Shown here: positions 1 to 9,873 of the stretch, one piece after another
Numbering within the stretch: position 1 is the stretch's first letter
Layout: each line of letters begins with the position of its first letter
IMG/VR virus record: IMGVR_UViG_3300043015_001060
Span: 1-58,615 of that record
Direction: 5' to 3' (one strand)
Source: a virus
Taxonomy: Duplodnaviria > Caudoviricetes
DNA length: 58,615 nt
Notes under the pieces: model-generated
Seen by the model: the letters and a program-made list of their open reading frames with translations, nothing else
Told to the model about the DNA's origin: nothing
The model's database searches: none
Made by a program: the position numbers and the translations under genes

Positions 1-2
1 AA

Positions 3-1931
3 AGTGATGACGTTGTACTAATTAATATTGGCGAAAAAAGTTTAGCAAAATACGGACAATATCCTTTTCCTAGACAATACTATGCTCAAATGGTAGTAGA
101 CGTTGCTATAAAGAATGGTGGTGTTTTAGGTTGGACAATTATGTTTCCTGAAAAAGATAGATTTCAAGGAGATGAAAGTTTTGCAGGTATGATGAGTCAG
201 AACGTAATGAACGTTCCAGGTGCTAGAAAAAATCCTGTAAACTATAATGTACTAAGTCAAACTCCAAGTGTAAAAGGAACAAAAAGTACAGGTCCGCATA
301 TAGGCACAGGCACAATTGGTCCAGTTCCTGCAAAAGACTATTTGCTTACTTGGCCCAACTTGGTTACTAATGTTCCAATGCTAGAAGTTACAAGTAATGG
401 TAAAGGTGTAAATGCATCAGCACCACAACCAGATAATCAAACAAGAACATATCCATTAGCAATTACTGTGGGAGATAAAATATATCCCTCTTTTGCTGTG
501 GAAATGTTAAGAGTCAAAACAGGTAAACCTAGTTACATAATTAAGACAAGTGAGATAGGAATACAAGAAGTTGCTGTTCCACCATTTGACCCAATAGTAA
601 CACAACCAAACGGAACTGCATACATACGTTTTAATAATACATTTACTGAAATAGAATACGAAGGTGCAGAAAGCATACCAGATTTAGCAGGCAAATTTGT
701 TATAGTAGGTGTTACAGCAGAAGGCATTGCAAACCCTGTGCCTACACCAAGAGGAAATCTATATCCACAGCATATACAAGCACACATGCTACAAAATTTT
801 ATTGATGGTTCAAATATACAGCGGAGCCAGTTTGCGTCGCTTGTAGAGGTTCTTATAGCATCTGTGACTATGTTATTAATTGCATTAGCAGTATATAAAC
901 TTCCTTTACTATGGACAGCACCAATAAGTTTAAGTATTTTAATAGGTATTGTATATTTAAGTATAAAACAATATACTGGTAATCTAGTTTTATTAGACGC
1001 AACATTTCCTGTATTGAGTGGTTTCCTTGTATTCACACAGGCGGCATTTAATAACTTTTACAAACAGTTTAAATTACGTGAACAAATCAAGAAACAGTTT
1101 GAACACTACCTTGCTCCAGCAATGGTTAAAAAGTTACAAAAAGATCCAAGTCTATTACGTTTAGGTGGTGACACAAGAACAATGACATACTTGTTCTCAG
1201 ACATTCGTGGATTTACTCCTATATCGGAACAATTTAAAACAGACCCACAAGGTTTAGGTAAACTCATAAACAGATATATGACACCAATGACTGATTTAGT
1301 TATGCGTAAAGAAGGAACAATAGACAAGTATATAGGTGATGCCTTAATGGCTATATGGAATGCTCCACTTGATGTAGATAATCATGCTCAGTTGGCAATA
1401 GAGACAGCACAGGAAATGGAAGTAGAACTTAAAAATCTTAATAAAGACCTTAAAGAAGACGGACTTATGGAGTTAGGTGTCGGTATAGGTATTAATACAG
1501 GCGATGCAGTAGTAGGTAATATGGGCAGTAACCAACGATTTGATTACACAGTATTAGGTGATAGTGTAAACTTAGCGGCAAGACTAGAAGCACAAACAAA
1601 AGAGTATGGTGTCTTCTTTATGTTTACAGAGCATACATTAAACCAAATCACAACTCCAGAAAACTTAACAATGCTAGACAAAATTGCAGTCAAAGGTCAA
1701 ACAGCACCTGTAACAATTTACACTATATTAAAAGACCATAAGTATGCAAGAGTTGTAAATAGGATGGTTGATAGTTATCAAAACAGAGCATGGGCCGAAT
1801 GTGCAAATCAAATAGAAATTATTAAAGAGCACAACTGGAATAATACATTAGCAGAACTTTATGCAGACAGGATAAAACAACCTATGCCTAAAGGTGAATG
1901 GGACGGAGTAGAACGAAAGACTAGTAAGTGA
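3..1931 (+). CDS. CHASE2-domain membrane adenylate/guanylate cyclase (class III), 5'-truncated by window edge
   Basis: The frame is open from position 3 (SDDVVLINIGEKSLAKYGQYPFPRQYYAQ, a CHASE2 N-terminal motif). Three TM helices follow, then cyclase motifs LFSDIRGFT, DKYIGDALMAIW, GINTGDAVVGNMGS and GDSVNLAARLE. Confidence 0.93.
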   Translation, partial: SDDVVLINIGEKSLAKYGQYPFPRQYYAQMVVDVAIKNGGVLGWTIMFPEKDRFQGDESFAGMMSQNVMNVPGARKNPVNYNVLSQTPSVKGTKSTGPHIGTGTIGPVPAKDYLLTWPNLVTNVPMLEVTSNGKGVNASAPQPDNQTRTYPLAITVGDKIYPSFAVEMLRVKTGKPSYIIKTSEIGIQEVAVPPFDPIVTQPNGTAYIRFNNTFTEIEYEGAESIPDLAGKFVIVGVTAEGIANPVPTPRGNLYPQHIQAHMLQNFIDGSNIQRSQFASLVEVLIASVTMLLIALAVYKLPLLWTAPISLSILIGIVYLSIKQYTGNLVLLDATFPVLSGFLVFTQAAFNNFYKQFKLREQIKKQFEHYLAPAMVKKLQKDPSLLRLGGDTRTMTYLFSDIRGFTPISEQFKTDPQGLGKLINRYMTPMTDLVMRKEGTIDKYIGDALMAIWNAPLDVDNHAQLAIETAQEMEVELKNLNKDLKEDGLMELGVGIGINTGDAVVGNMGSNQRFDYTVLGDSVNLAARLEAQTKEYGVFFMFTEHTLNQITTPENLTMLDKIAVKGQTAPVTIYTILKDHKYARVVNRMVDSYQNRAWAECANQIEIIKEHNWNNTLAELYADRIKQPMPKGEWDGVERKTSK

Positions 1932-1937
1932 TAAATA
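1930..1937 (+). promoter_or_regulatory. T4-like late promoter variant GATAAATA
   Basis: Recurrent motif; 5 nt before ATG at 1943. Confidence 0.7.
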
Positions 1938-1942
1938 CTACT

Positions 1943-2248
1943 ATGGCACAGAACAAAATACAGCAAAAAGAAGAAGAAGTTTTAATAAAGGTCAGTATTT
2001 GGTCTAAGATTAAACATTGGTGGCGCACACTTATTAGAGAAGAATGGGAAATAACCATTTTCTTCCCTGGCGAAACTAGAATGCTGGAAGATGGGACCAC
2101 AATACAAAACGATGCTCCTAAAACTTATCGTGCTAAAAAAATAAAGAAACTCACAACTAAGCATATAATTTTTACAGACTTATTAGGTGTTAAACACGAA
2201 ATACGAGTTGTAAATCCTGTTGGGTATGACGTAAGAAAAATATACTAA
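1943..2248 (+). CDS. hypothetical protein
   Basis: ORF; start moved to the ATG just after the late promoter. Confidence 0.65.
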   Translation: MAQNKIQQKEEEVLIKVSIWSKIKHWWRTLIREEWEITIFFPGETRMLEDGTTIQNDAPKTYRAKKIKKLTTKHIIFTDLLGVKHEIRVVNPVGYDVRKIY

Positions 2249-2881
2249 TTATTCGTCTGGCTCCCAATCTTTTATACTTCTAAAAAACAAATAATAGTGC
2301 CTAAAATCTTTTAATTGTTGCTTTGCATGAAACAATTCTAATGGCACTCCTTTGCTGTGTTTAATTAACGGAAAATAATATCTTTTTAATATCTTTTCGA
2401 TTTTTTTAACATCAGTTGCTAAAGCATCTAATAAAATATTATTAAATTCTAAATCTGTAACTAAGTCTATTAACCAGTAATGATAAGGATGTTCGGGGTT
2501 ATATCTTCGTACAACATCTCGTGTTTGGTAATATAATGCTCTTACAGGATTTATACCAGGACGGTATGAATTCATAACTTGTTTAAATCTAAAACTATCA
2601 TGTTCTGTGCGAAAATTTTTTATTACACTTGCATAATCGTTTTTCATTGCTTTTTTTACTGAACCAATATTTTCGCCAAGTTTTTGGTCATACTCTTTAT
2701 AGAGTTTATCAAATATTTTTTGATACTTCGAAGATAACTTCTCATAATAGATATCTTTTATTTCGTCTATTTCTATAGCACCTTCTAGTAGTGTATGTGG
2801 AATTGTAGTTGTTCTATCGAACTTGTCTAGTTCAGTGGTTATCCGCAATAGTACAAAATCGATTATTTCGCCTTTGCTCAT
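2249..2881 (-). CDS. hypothetical protein
   Basis: 210-aa ORF with GATAAATA (2887-2894, minus strand) 5 nt upstream. Confidence 0.7.
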   Translation of the reverse strand: MSKGEIIDFVLLRITTELDKFDRTTTIPHTLLEGAIEIDEIKDIYYEKLSSKYQKIFDKLYKEYDQKLGENIGSVKKAMKNDYASVIKNFRTEHDSFRFKQVMNSYRPGINPVRALYYQTRDVVRRYNPEHPYHYWLIDLVTDLEFNNILLDALATDVKKIEKILKRYYFPLIKHSKGVPLELFHAKQQLKDFRHYYLFFRSIKDWEPDE

Positions 2882-2889
2882 ACTTATAT

Positions 2890-3318
2890 TTATCGAGAAT
2901 GAATTTCAAGAATAGTGTGTAGTTTTTCTGTTCCACCGTTTTTATTTAGAGTAATATGTGAACCATTATGTAAAGGCCTAGGCCAAACTCCAATATCAAT
3001 CCAGGCATATCCAGCACTTTCACAATTAAGTGAAGGAATAAATTCTTCGTCGACTACATATACAAAACTGTAATAGTAAAAATTTTTATCTTTGCTTTGA
3101 TATACGTCTATGGGATTTAATTTTTGTAGTTCTGGAACGAACCCAATTTCTTCGTCTAGTTCTCTAGTAATACATTGGTAAGGAGTTTCTCCGTCTTCAA
3201 TCATACCTCCCCAAAACCCCCAGGTATTATTAAATCGTTTGTTGCCTTCTCTAAGTTGTAATAAACATCTGCCTGTGTCTTTAGCAAGAAATACAACTCC
3301 TGCCGCCGTAGTAGTCAT
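2890..3318 (-). CDS. Nudix hydrolase
   Basis: Nudix box GGMIEDGETPYQCITRELDEEIG; ATG at 3318 overlaps the upstream stop codon. Confidence 0.9.
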   Translation of the reverse strand: MTTTAAGVVFLAKDTGRCLLQLREGNKRFNNTWGFWGGMIEDGETPYQCITRELDEEIGFVPELQKLNPIDVYQSKDKNFYYYSFVYVVDEEFIPSLNCESAGYAWIDIGVWPRPLHNGSHITLNKNGGTEKLHTILEIHSR

Positions 3319-4667
3319 TAAAGTGTCAATCTCCAAAAGGAAGGATTATATTCTCCTTCATAACTACTTATCCAGTTGTTGTTTATCCACCTATACTGTT
3401 TTGAAGTAAATGTGTTTTTAACATATTGCTCTTCGCTTATTGAACTAGCATCAAATACTACTATCCAGTTACTGCCGTTATATTCTATTATATCGTTTTC
3501 ATCGGCATCAACATTCCAATTTGGGTAGCCTGATGCAGTAATTTGTTGAGTAATTAAATACCTTTGTCCAGTTGCTACAGCATCTAATGTGCCATCACCT
3601 GGATAATTTTCACGAGGATCTATAATTTTATTTACATCATTAATAGTATTTGTAGGTAATGTGTCTACATCTAAATTAAATATTAATGTTGTAGGAGATG
3701 TAGGATGCGATGTAACTGTGCCGACTAATAATCCTAGATCGTTATCACTATCGTTACCTATGTTTAACTTTAGCAAACTTGTTGCTGATAATTTTCCTTG
3801 CTGATCTATTATATTAGACCAAGCAATTGGTTGTTCATTTTCATCTATTAGGATTGCACTATTACCTGTGACTTGAACCTTATAATCTCCAGCAGTAACA
3901 ATTATTTCGAATGTATCAGGAATATTACCAAAGAAATCTGCATAATCTTCGCTGTAGCCTAAATCTGCAATACTACTTGTTGAATGCACATCTGCTATTA
4001 TCTGCTGTATAATGCTTTGACGTTTAACTTTTGCTGGTGGACTTATCCAAATGGGTGAATTGAATGTTAATGATGAAATGTCTAAACTTTCGTCAACTCC
4101 TGCAGGAACACTTCTACTACTCCAAGATATATCAGATAACTCAACTTCAAATACACTTGTCCAATCTAGCGGATTGCTATTAGACTGTAATTGTATGCTT
4201 GGATTAAATAGAACAAAAATTTGTTCTAAAATTTGTAATTTTGTATCTGTGTTAGTTGTCCATATATCAACATTAAAGGTTAAGTTATATGGTACCGGCA
4301 TATATCTTTGTGTAGTATATAAGTTACCTTGAGTATTACTATAAGTATTAGTATCAGCATCATATTCCCTTTCTGCAACCTGTGTTGTGTCTACTAAAAA
4401 AGGTTCATGTGTTCTATCTCTTGCTGGCTGAATGCTTTGTATTGTAACTGCAATAAATGGTGCACTATTAATAACGTTTTCAGAATTATTACGCAATATA
4501 CTTGCAACCATTCTACTACTATCGCCATACCTTGCTGGTACACGATTATAATTTATTCCGTCTTTTGTAAATTCTCTAACTTTAAAATTAGAAAATACTC
4601 TTACAAGTTGTATCAGATATCTTTTAATCTGTTCGTCGTACCAATAATCTAAATTCTTGCCTGCCAT
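3318..4667 (-). CDS. tail sheath stabilizer/terminator, T4 gp15-like, with C-terminal extension
   Basis: YWYDEQIKRYLIQLVRVFSNF, PVPYNLTFNVDIW and KLQILEQI are typical of gp15-like proteins; adjacent to the neck gene. Confidence 0.75.
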   Translation of the reverse strand: MAGKNLDYWYDEQIKRYLIQLVRVFSNFKVREFTKDGINYNRVPARYGDSSRMVASILRNNSENVINSAPFIAVTIQSIQPARDRTHEPFLVDTTQVAEREYDADTNTYSNTQGNLYTTQRYMPVPYNLTFNVDIWTTNTDTKLQILEQIFVLFNPSIQLQSNSNPLDWTSVFEVELSDISWSSRSVPAGVDESLDISSLTFNSPIWISPPAKVKRQSIIQQIIADVHSTSSIADLGYSEDYADFFGNIPDTFEIIVTAGDYKVQVTGNSAILIDENEQPIAWSNIIDQQGKLSATSLLKLNIGNDSDNDLGLLVGTVTSHPTSPTTLIFNLDVDTLPTNTINDVNKIIDPRENYPGDGTLDAVATGQRYLITQQITASGYPNWNVDADENDIIEYNGSNWIVVFDASSISEEQYVKNTFTSKQYRWINNNWISSYEGEYNPSFWRLTL

Positions 4668-5734
4668 TAGTTATCCGTTTTTGGTTTTACAACTTTGCTT
4701 AAATTTACTCTTTCTGGTTCTGTAGCCCCATTAACCGAAGTAATATTATCGTTGTTTATAAATGTACTTAAAATTCTATTTGCCGCAGACCAAACACCAG
4801 TATTATCAGTGCTGACATTAAGCCAACGTGTTCCTGATTTTTTGAATAATCTATTTGGACTAAAGTCTGTTCTTAAAAAGTAATCGCCGTCACTGGTACC
4901 GCTTGTAGGAAATGTAGACCCACTGCCTACAATATTTAATCCATTTATAGGTAATCCATCTGCTCCTCCGAAATCTAATCCAGGTCCAGGTTTGTCAGGC
5001 ACAGAGTCATCAAAATATAGATGTGCTGTATCTCTGTACTGAGGATCATATGGCACATCTTTTTCTGCTTGTTCTAGTAATTTATTACTAATATTAATTT
5101 CGTTAGCATAGGTACTAATTAAGTTACGCAAGTCGCCTTCTTCTTTGCCAGTGCCAAGTATATCTCTGTATTCTTGACTGTCTGTTATAGGACCTAGTTT
5201 TACTCTCCACAAGTGTGACCACCAACGTGGATCATATCCTTCTGCTGGTCTGCTACCATCTGTAACAACATAAAATCTGTTTATGGCTTCATCACTGCCT
5301 AGTAATAAATCATCACGCAAGTGCGGCAGTTCTAAAACATCACCGGGCATAAGTCTACGGCCTATTGCTTCTACCATACTTTCTGTATGAAAGTTCATAA
5401 ACAAAGTATCATTTGCTAAAAACATACCAAATTGTGTTAAATCGTATGCATCGTTTTCTGCAATATTATATTGACCTCTTAATTCATAGATATCTTTATC
5501 GTATTTTCTATCTCTGTTTTCTAGAAATAATAAGTCTTGAATAAAAACTTCATTGTTAGTGCCTGCTTCTGCAGAAGGTCTAGTAGGATCAGAGCCATCG
5601 TCTGCTACATTTACGCCTATGTATTTGTGTACATTTACACCAGTACCGCCCGCATAGATATGCTCGCCTACAATTCTATCTGTGAACTTGTAGTCATTCG
5701 TTTTTATCGGGTTCCATAAACTGATTCTTGGCAT
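4667..5734 (-). CDS. neck protein, T4 gp14-like
   Basis: DLLFLENRDRKY, LTQFGMFL, GRRLMPGDVLELPH; late promoter at 5742-5749 (minus strand). Confidence 0.7.
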   Translation of the reverse strand: MPRISLWNPIKTNDYKFTDRIVGEHIYAGGTGVNVHKYIGVNVADDGSDPTRPSAEAGTNNEVFIQDLLFLENRDRKYDKDIYELRGQYNIAENDAYDLTQFGMFLANDTLFMNFHTESMVEAIGRRLMPGDVLELPHLRDDLLLGSDEAINRFYVVTDGSRPAEGYDPRWWSHLWRVKLGPITDSQEYRDILGTGKEEGDLRNLISTYANEINISNKLLEQAEKDVPYDPQYRDTAHLYFDDSVPDKPGPGLDFGGADGLPINGLNIVGSGSTFPTSGTSDGDYFLRTDFSPNRLFKKSGTRWLNVSTDNTGVWSAANRILSTFINNDNITSVNGATEPERVNLSKVVKPKTDN

Positions 5735-5753
5735 AATGTACTATTTATCAGAA

Positions 5754-6914
5754 TTAATCAGGTGTAGTACTGCCAACTCCTGTATGAACATCAGGATTGT
5801 CTATAATTGCATTTCTATTCTTACAATGTTGTACACATGTTACACAGTAACCTGCTTTATCATCTAATTTACCTGACATACCATCAGGCATTATTTTTGT
5901 AAACACTTTGTGATTAAGAACATCGTAAATAGAATTATCTTTTGTAACTGTAAGTTCTTTTTCGTATGGACCGTACATTCCTACTAATTGCTCATCTCCC
6001 ATCACATATTTAGAAGCAGTAAAACAGCAAGGTAATATCATACCATTTGAATCCATAAACACTTCGTGCCTATCTTCATTATTAACCATGCAGTCTATAT
6101 TTACATTAGAATTTTTTAAATGTTGCCATTGATCTAAATCGTAGAAACCTGGTTTCCATTTAGACAAACTGTACTTTTCATTATGTTCATTTACTAAATC
6201 TTCTTCTTTAACGCCATATGGCTTAATAGTATACGCAAGATCGCTGTCTAATTTATTATTAACATCTTTAACTTTTTGGTATACTGGCATTGTTTTGTAT
6301 ACAACATTACTTTCAGTATTCACAGACTCAAAACCAAATGGTTCACGTTCAAATAATTCGATTTTGTATTTGTTACAAAAATTTCTTATTAAATGTACAT
6401 CTTGTTGATTATGAGCAAAGTTACTGAATTCCCATTTTGATTGAGCACCAGTTTTTATGTATGCTAAAAGATTAGCATACAACTTATCCCATTTAACATT
6501 TTTTCTATAAACTTCGTTATTATCGCCCCAACCGTCTATGCTCCAAACTACTCGAGCCCTTCCTCTAGTGCCTTTGAATCTATAGCCTACCCTTGACCAA
6601 AATTTTTCGTTTCTTGCACCACCATTAGTTCTAATATCTATTTCTGCATCTGGATTACAGTCTAATATAAAATCTAATATTTCAAAAAGTTCTTGTGCTG
6701 ATGCAGGATCTCCTTTTGTGCCACAAAAGTTCCATTTACTTATTTGGGAAATAAAATCACGACCAAGTATATGAAAGTATTCTAGACCTAATTCTTGGTT
6801 TTTTACATATGGCATAACTTGTCCACCACCATGTGATCTTGGACAAGCAGGGCATTCTGCATTACATCTGTCTGTTACTTCTATATGTACTTGGTTTATG
6901 TGTTTGTAATACAT
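5754..6914 (-). CDS. radical SAM protein with C-terminal SPASM/twitch-like Cys cluster
   Basis: CNAECPAC (CxxxCxxC), RTNGG, WSIDG; C-terminal C..CC..CxxxC; late promoter at 6920-6927 (minus strand). Confidence 0.9.
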   Translation of the reverse strand: MYYKHINQVHIEVTDRCNAECPACPRSHGGGQVMPYVKNQELGLEYFHILGRDFISQISKWNFCGTKGDPASAQELFEILDFILDCNPDAEIDIRTNGGARNEKFWSRVGYRFKGTRGRARVVWSIDGWGDNNEVYRKNVKWDKLYANLLAYIKTGAQSKWEFSNFAHNQQDVHLIRNFCNKYKIELFEREPFGFESVNTESNVVYKTMPVYQKVKDVNNKLDSDLAYTIKPYGVKEEDLVNEHNEKYSLSKWKPGFYDLDQWQHLKNSNVNIDCMVNNEDRHEVFMDSNGMILPCCFTASKYVMGDEQLVGMYGPYEKELTVTKDNSIYDVLNHKVFTKIMPDGMSGKLDDKAGYCVTCVQHCKNRNAIIDNPDVHTGVGSTTPD

Positions 6915-6919
6915 GCTAT

Positions 6920-6964
6920 TATTTATCGTAAAAAAATTAAATACATATTTAACTCCGATAAATA
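6920..6964. promoter_or_regulatory. divergent pair of late promoters
   Basis: TATTTATC at 6920-6927 (minus strand, radical SAM gene) and GATAAATA at 6957-6964 (plus strand, tRNA operon). Confidence 0.7.
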
Positions 6965-6972
6965 TTTAGAAC

Positions 6973-7063
<91 letters not shown>

Positions 7064-7071
7064 GAGACAAT

Positions 7072-8406
7072 ATGTTTGATATTTTATATAAATTTGAAGG
7101 TACACAATTTAACGAGTTGACACTAAGTCAACCCCTATTACCCTTAGAAACTATCTGCCAATTAGATACTTGTTGTAAATATGAATTTAATGTAGTTAAT
7201 AATTTTGATATTTCGCAAATTAAAAACAACAATATAATTGTTCCTATAGATTATCAAAGTACACCTTTATCACATGAAGGAAGGAACAAATATTTTGGTC
7301 CTACAGAACTTGGTATTCGAGTAGAAAATTTTTTACAAGAAGTATATAATTTAACCCTTGCAGATAAAAATGTTATAATAATATTATATACTAGTACTGA
7401 ACCATTCTTCCATGACAATCATCTTTTTATAGAAAGTATTTCTAACAAGTTTAATAATTTTAAATTTGTTTGTAGTGGATCAGGCGAAGTTAAAAATTTA
7501 CTTTCAGAAAATAAATTAAGATTTGATAACTGTAAAAATGTTTCGCTTATAAGCAAACTTTGGTATGTAGATAGGGTACAGTATAACACACAATTAATTT
7601 ATCCTGATCAATGGCTTAATAGGCATTTTAATAATTCTGAAAAAGAACCATCTAGTGACATACCCGAATATGCTACAGTTTATAATAAATTTTTATTAAC
7701 CATGCGTAATGCTAGGTCCCATCGTGTATTAATGAGTATGTTATTGGAATCAGATCCGTTTGGATTAGAAAGTGTAAGATATAGTAGATTATGGTCATTA
7801 GATCCTGGCTACTTAAACAGCATATATTTTGATGAAAACACACAAAGTGAACACAGATATCAAGTAGATTTAGTAACTACGGCAATAAAAGAATTAGTAA
7901 AAGAAAAATTGAATGATAGAACATTAGCAGATATACTTAGAGTAACATATAAAACTCCTCATAAATTAGATATGAAAACTATTGCAGAAGTTGGACATCC
8001 ACCTAAATGGCTTTATGACAATATAGATATTGCTATTATTTCAGGCGGCGAAGGCTCTGGCTGGGGCTATGTAGATGAAAAACAACTTATTCCTATGTAT
8101 TACAAAGTACCTTTTATAACATTTGGTTGCAAAGGCATTTACGAAGAAATGGAAAAACTTGGTTTTAAAACATATGGAGATCATTGGGATATATCATTTA
8201 ATACTAAAAATTCGTTGTATGACAGAGTGGTAGGTTGTTACGAACTTATGAATACAATAAAAGAATTACCACACGATGAATATAACACTCTAATAGAAAA
8301 TACCAAAGATGATGTAGAATACAATTACAATCATTTGACTAGTAGCAATTTTAGACATGTAAGTAATAATAACTTTTTTGGAGAAGTAATAAATGCCTGC
8401 TGTTAG
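7072..8406 (+). CDS. putative glycosyltransferase-like protein
   Basis: C-terminal YVDEKQLIPMYYKVPFITFG...LGFKTYGDHWD resembles the ORF at 31225 and GT10-like TEK motifs. Confidence 0.45.
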   Translation: MFDILYKFEGTQFNELTLSQPLLPLETICQLDTCCKYEFNVVNNFDISQIKNNNIIVPIDYQSTPLSHEGRNKYFGPTELGIRVENFLQEVYNLTLADKNVIIILYTSTEPFFHDNHLFIESISNKFNNFKFVCSGSGEVKNLLSENKLRFDNCKNVSLISKLWYVDRVQYNTQLIYPDQWLNRHFNNSEKEPSSDIPEYATVYNKFLLTMRNARSHRVLMSMLLESDPFGLESVRYSRLWSLDPGYLNSIYFDENTQSEHRYQVDLVTTAIKELVKEKLNDRTLADILRVTYKTPHKLDMKTIAEVGHPPKWLYDNIDIAIISGGEGSGWGYVDEKQLIPMYYKVPFITFGCKGIYEEMEKLGFKTYGDHWDISFNTKNSLYDRVVGCYELMNTIKELPHDEYNTLIENTKDDVEYNYNHLTSSNFRHVSNNNFFGEVINACC

Positions 8407-9265
8407 AGGTGCTAGACCTATAAGAAATAAAGAAGTTTCTACATTTCACAAAAATTTAAAAGATTTAAAGATACCGTCTATAGAAGAATATGCACACATT
8501 TGGAGAGAGTGGCTTAATTATTCTAACACAAAAAGCCTTGAAGGTCTAGATCAATTTAAACATGCAGACTACACGCAAGGTACAAGTCAAACGTTTGATC
8601 AGTTTATTTTAAAACATAGTAAAGACAGACAAATTCTAGTACTAGAAGGTGATTTTCAATACCACGCATGTTTAGGAAAACACGTTGATTTTAAATATAT
8701 AAATCACCCACATCATTTAGAATCTCATTTATTAGGATCAGGATTACATGCTTTATTAATAAGTGCGCCGTTTAGTGATTTTGGTTGTATACACCCTGAG
8801 TTTGAGCATCTTATGAATATATGTGAGGTACATGATATTCCTGTATGCTTAGATTTAGCCTATTGGGGTATAGCAAAACACATACATATCAATCTTAATG
8901 ATTACCCTGCAATAAAAGAAGTCACATGCAGTCTTAGTAAGCCTTTCTTTACATTAGAGAATCACAGAGTAGGTATACGTTTTACAAGGGAATATGTCGA
9001 CGATGGTATTAGTATGCTAAATGAAGTAAAAATGGCAAATAATTATTCTATGGCATTAGGTGTAGAGTACATGAAAAACTTTAGTCCTGATTATAATTGG
9101 GAAAAATACGAAAACCAATACATAAAGATTTGTGAAGAACAAGATTTAGTCTGGTGTGATACAGTAATATTTGGTCTAGGTGATGATGTTAGGCATGCAG
9201 AATTTAATAGGGGAGTGTCGGGTAATTATCGAGTTTGTGTTTCTGAATGGTTAGCAGATGATTAA
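8393..9265 (+). CDS. PLP-dependent fold-type I enzyme (aminotransferase-like)
   Basis: GTSQTFD, CLDLAY (PLP-binding Asp), SLSKPF...RVG (Schiff-base Lys motif). Confidence 0.75.
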   Translation: MPAVRGARPIRNKEVSTFHKNLKDLKIPSIEEYAHIWREWLNYSNTKSLEGLDQFKHADYTQGTSQTFDQFILKHSKDRQILVLEGDFQYHACLGKHVDFKYINHPHHLESHLLGSGLHALLISAPFSDFGCIHPEFEHLMNICEVHDIPVCLDLAYWGIAKHIHINLNDYPAIKEVTCSLSKPFFTLENHRVGIRFTREYVDDGISMLNEVKMANNYSMALGVEYMKNFSPDYNWEKYENQYIKICEEQDLVWCDTVIFGLGDDVRHAEFNRGVSGNYRVCVSEWLADD

Positions 9266-9854
9266 TATAGATACCTTAATACTTATAGATTTATATAATT
9301 CGTATACCTTACCTAAAGTAAAAGATGAGAATCAACATAGAGAAATATATCATAATCTTGCTAGAGACTTAGAACAGATAATTTTAAAAACTGGATGTAC
9401 TGATGTAGTGTATGCCGCATATGGTTCACAGTGTGAACTTTCACCTGATAACACAGATAATATTTTTAGAGATAAAACAATATTTCCTTTAGACAAAATA
9501 AAAAGGCATGTGTTTTACAACATAGATGACAATACAGATCTATTTAAAGATAAAAATATATTACTTGCAGGTACATCTTTTTATACATGTATTAGATCAC
9601 GGCCATTAGGTATTAGGGCATTACTTGACTCGGAGTTGCCTAAAGGAGTTTGGTCGTCTCCTAACATCACATGCTATTACGGTAAACCTAGAGAATCGTT
9701 AGATCAAGTAGTCGAAAGTAGTAAAGGTCCTGTACATCTAAAAAGAACATCTGAAAAAGATTATAGGCAAGACGAAAACTTTAAATGGCGTAAAGCAGAA
9801 CTTACTGATTTTCACAATATCTTTAGATGTAATCATATAAATAGTACAAAATAA
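9258..9854 (+). CDS. isochorismatase/cysteine-hydrolase-like protein
   Basis: TLILIDLY and ILLAGTSFYTCI match the Asp and Cys motifs of the family. Confidence 0.5.
   Translation: MINIDTLILIDLYNSYTLPKVKDENQHREIYHNLARDLEQIILKTGCTDVVYAAYGSQCELSPDNTDNIFRDKTIFPLDKIKRHVFYNIDDNTDLFKDKNILLAGTSFYTCIRSRPLGIRALLDSELPKGVWSSPNITCYYGKPRESLDQVVESSKGPVHLKRTSEKDYRQDENFKWRKAELTDFHNIFRCNHINSTK
9836..9843 (+). promoter_or_regulatory. late promoter TATAAATA
   Basis: Exact T4 late consensus upstream of an AGGAG RBS and the amidinotransferase gene. Confidence 0.7.
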
Positions 9855-9873
9855 CAGCACAGGAGACACACAA

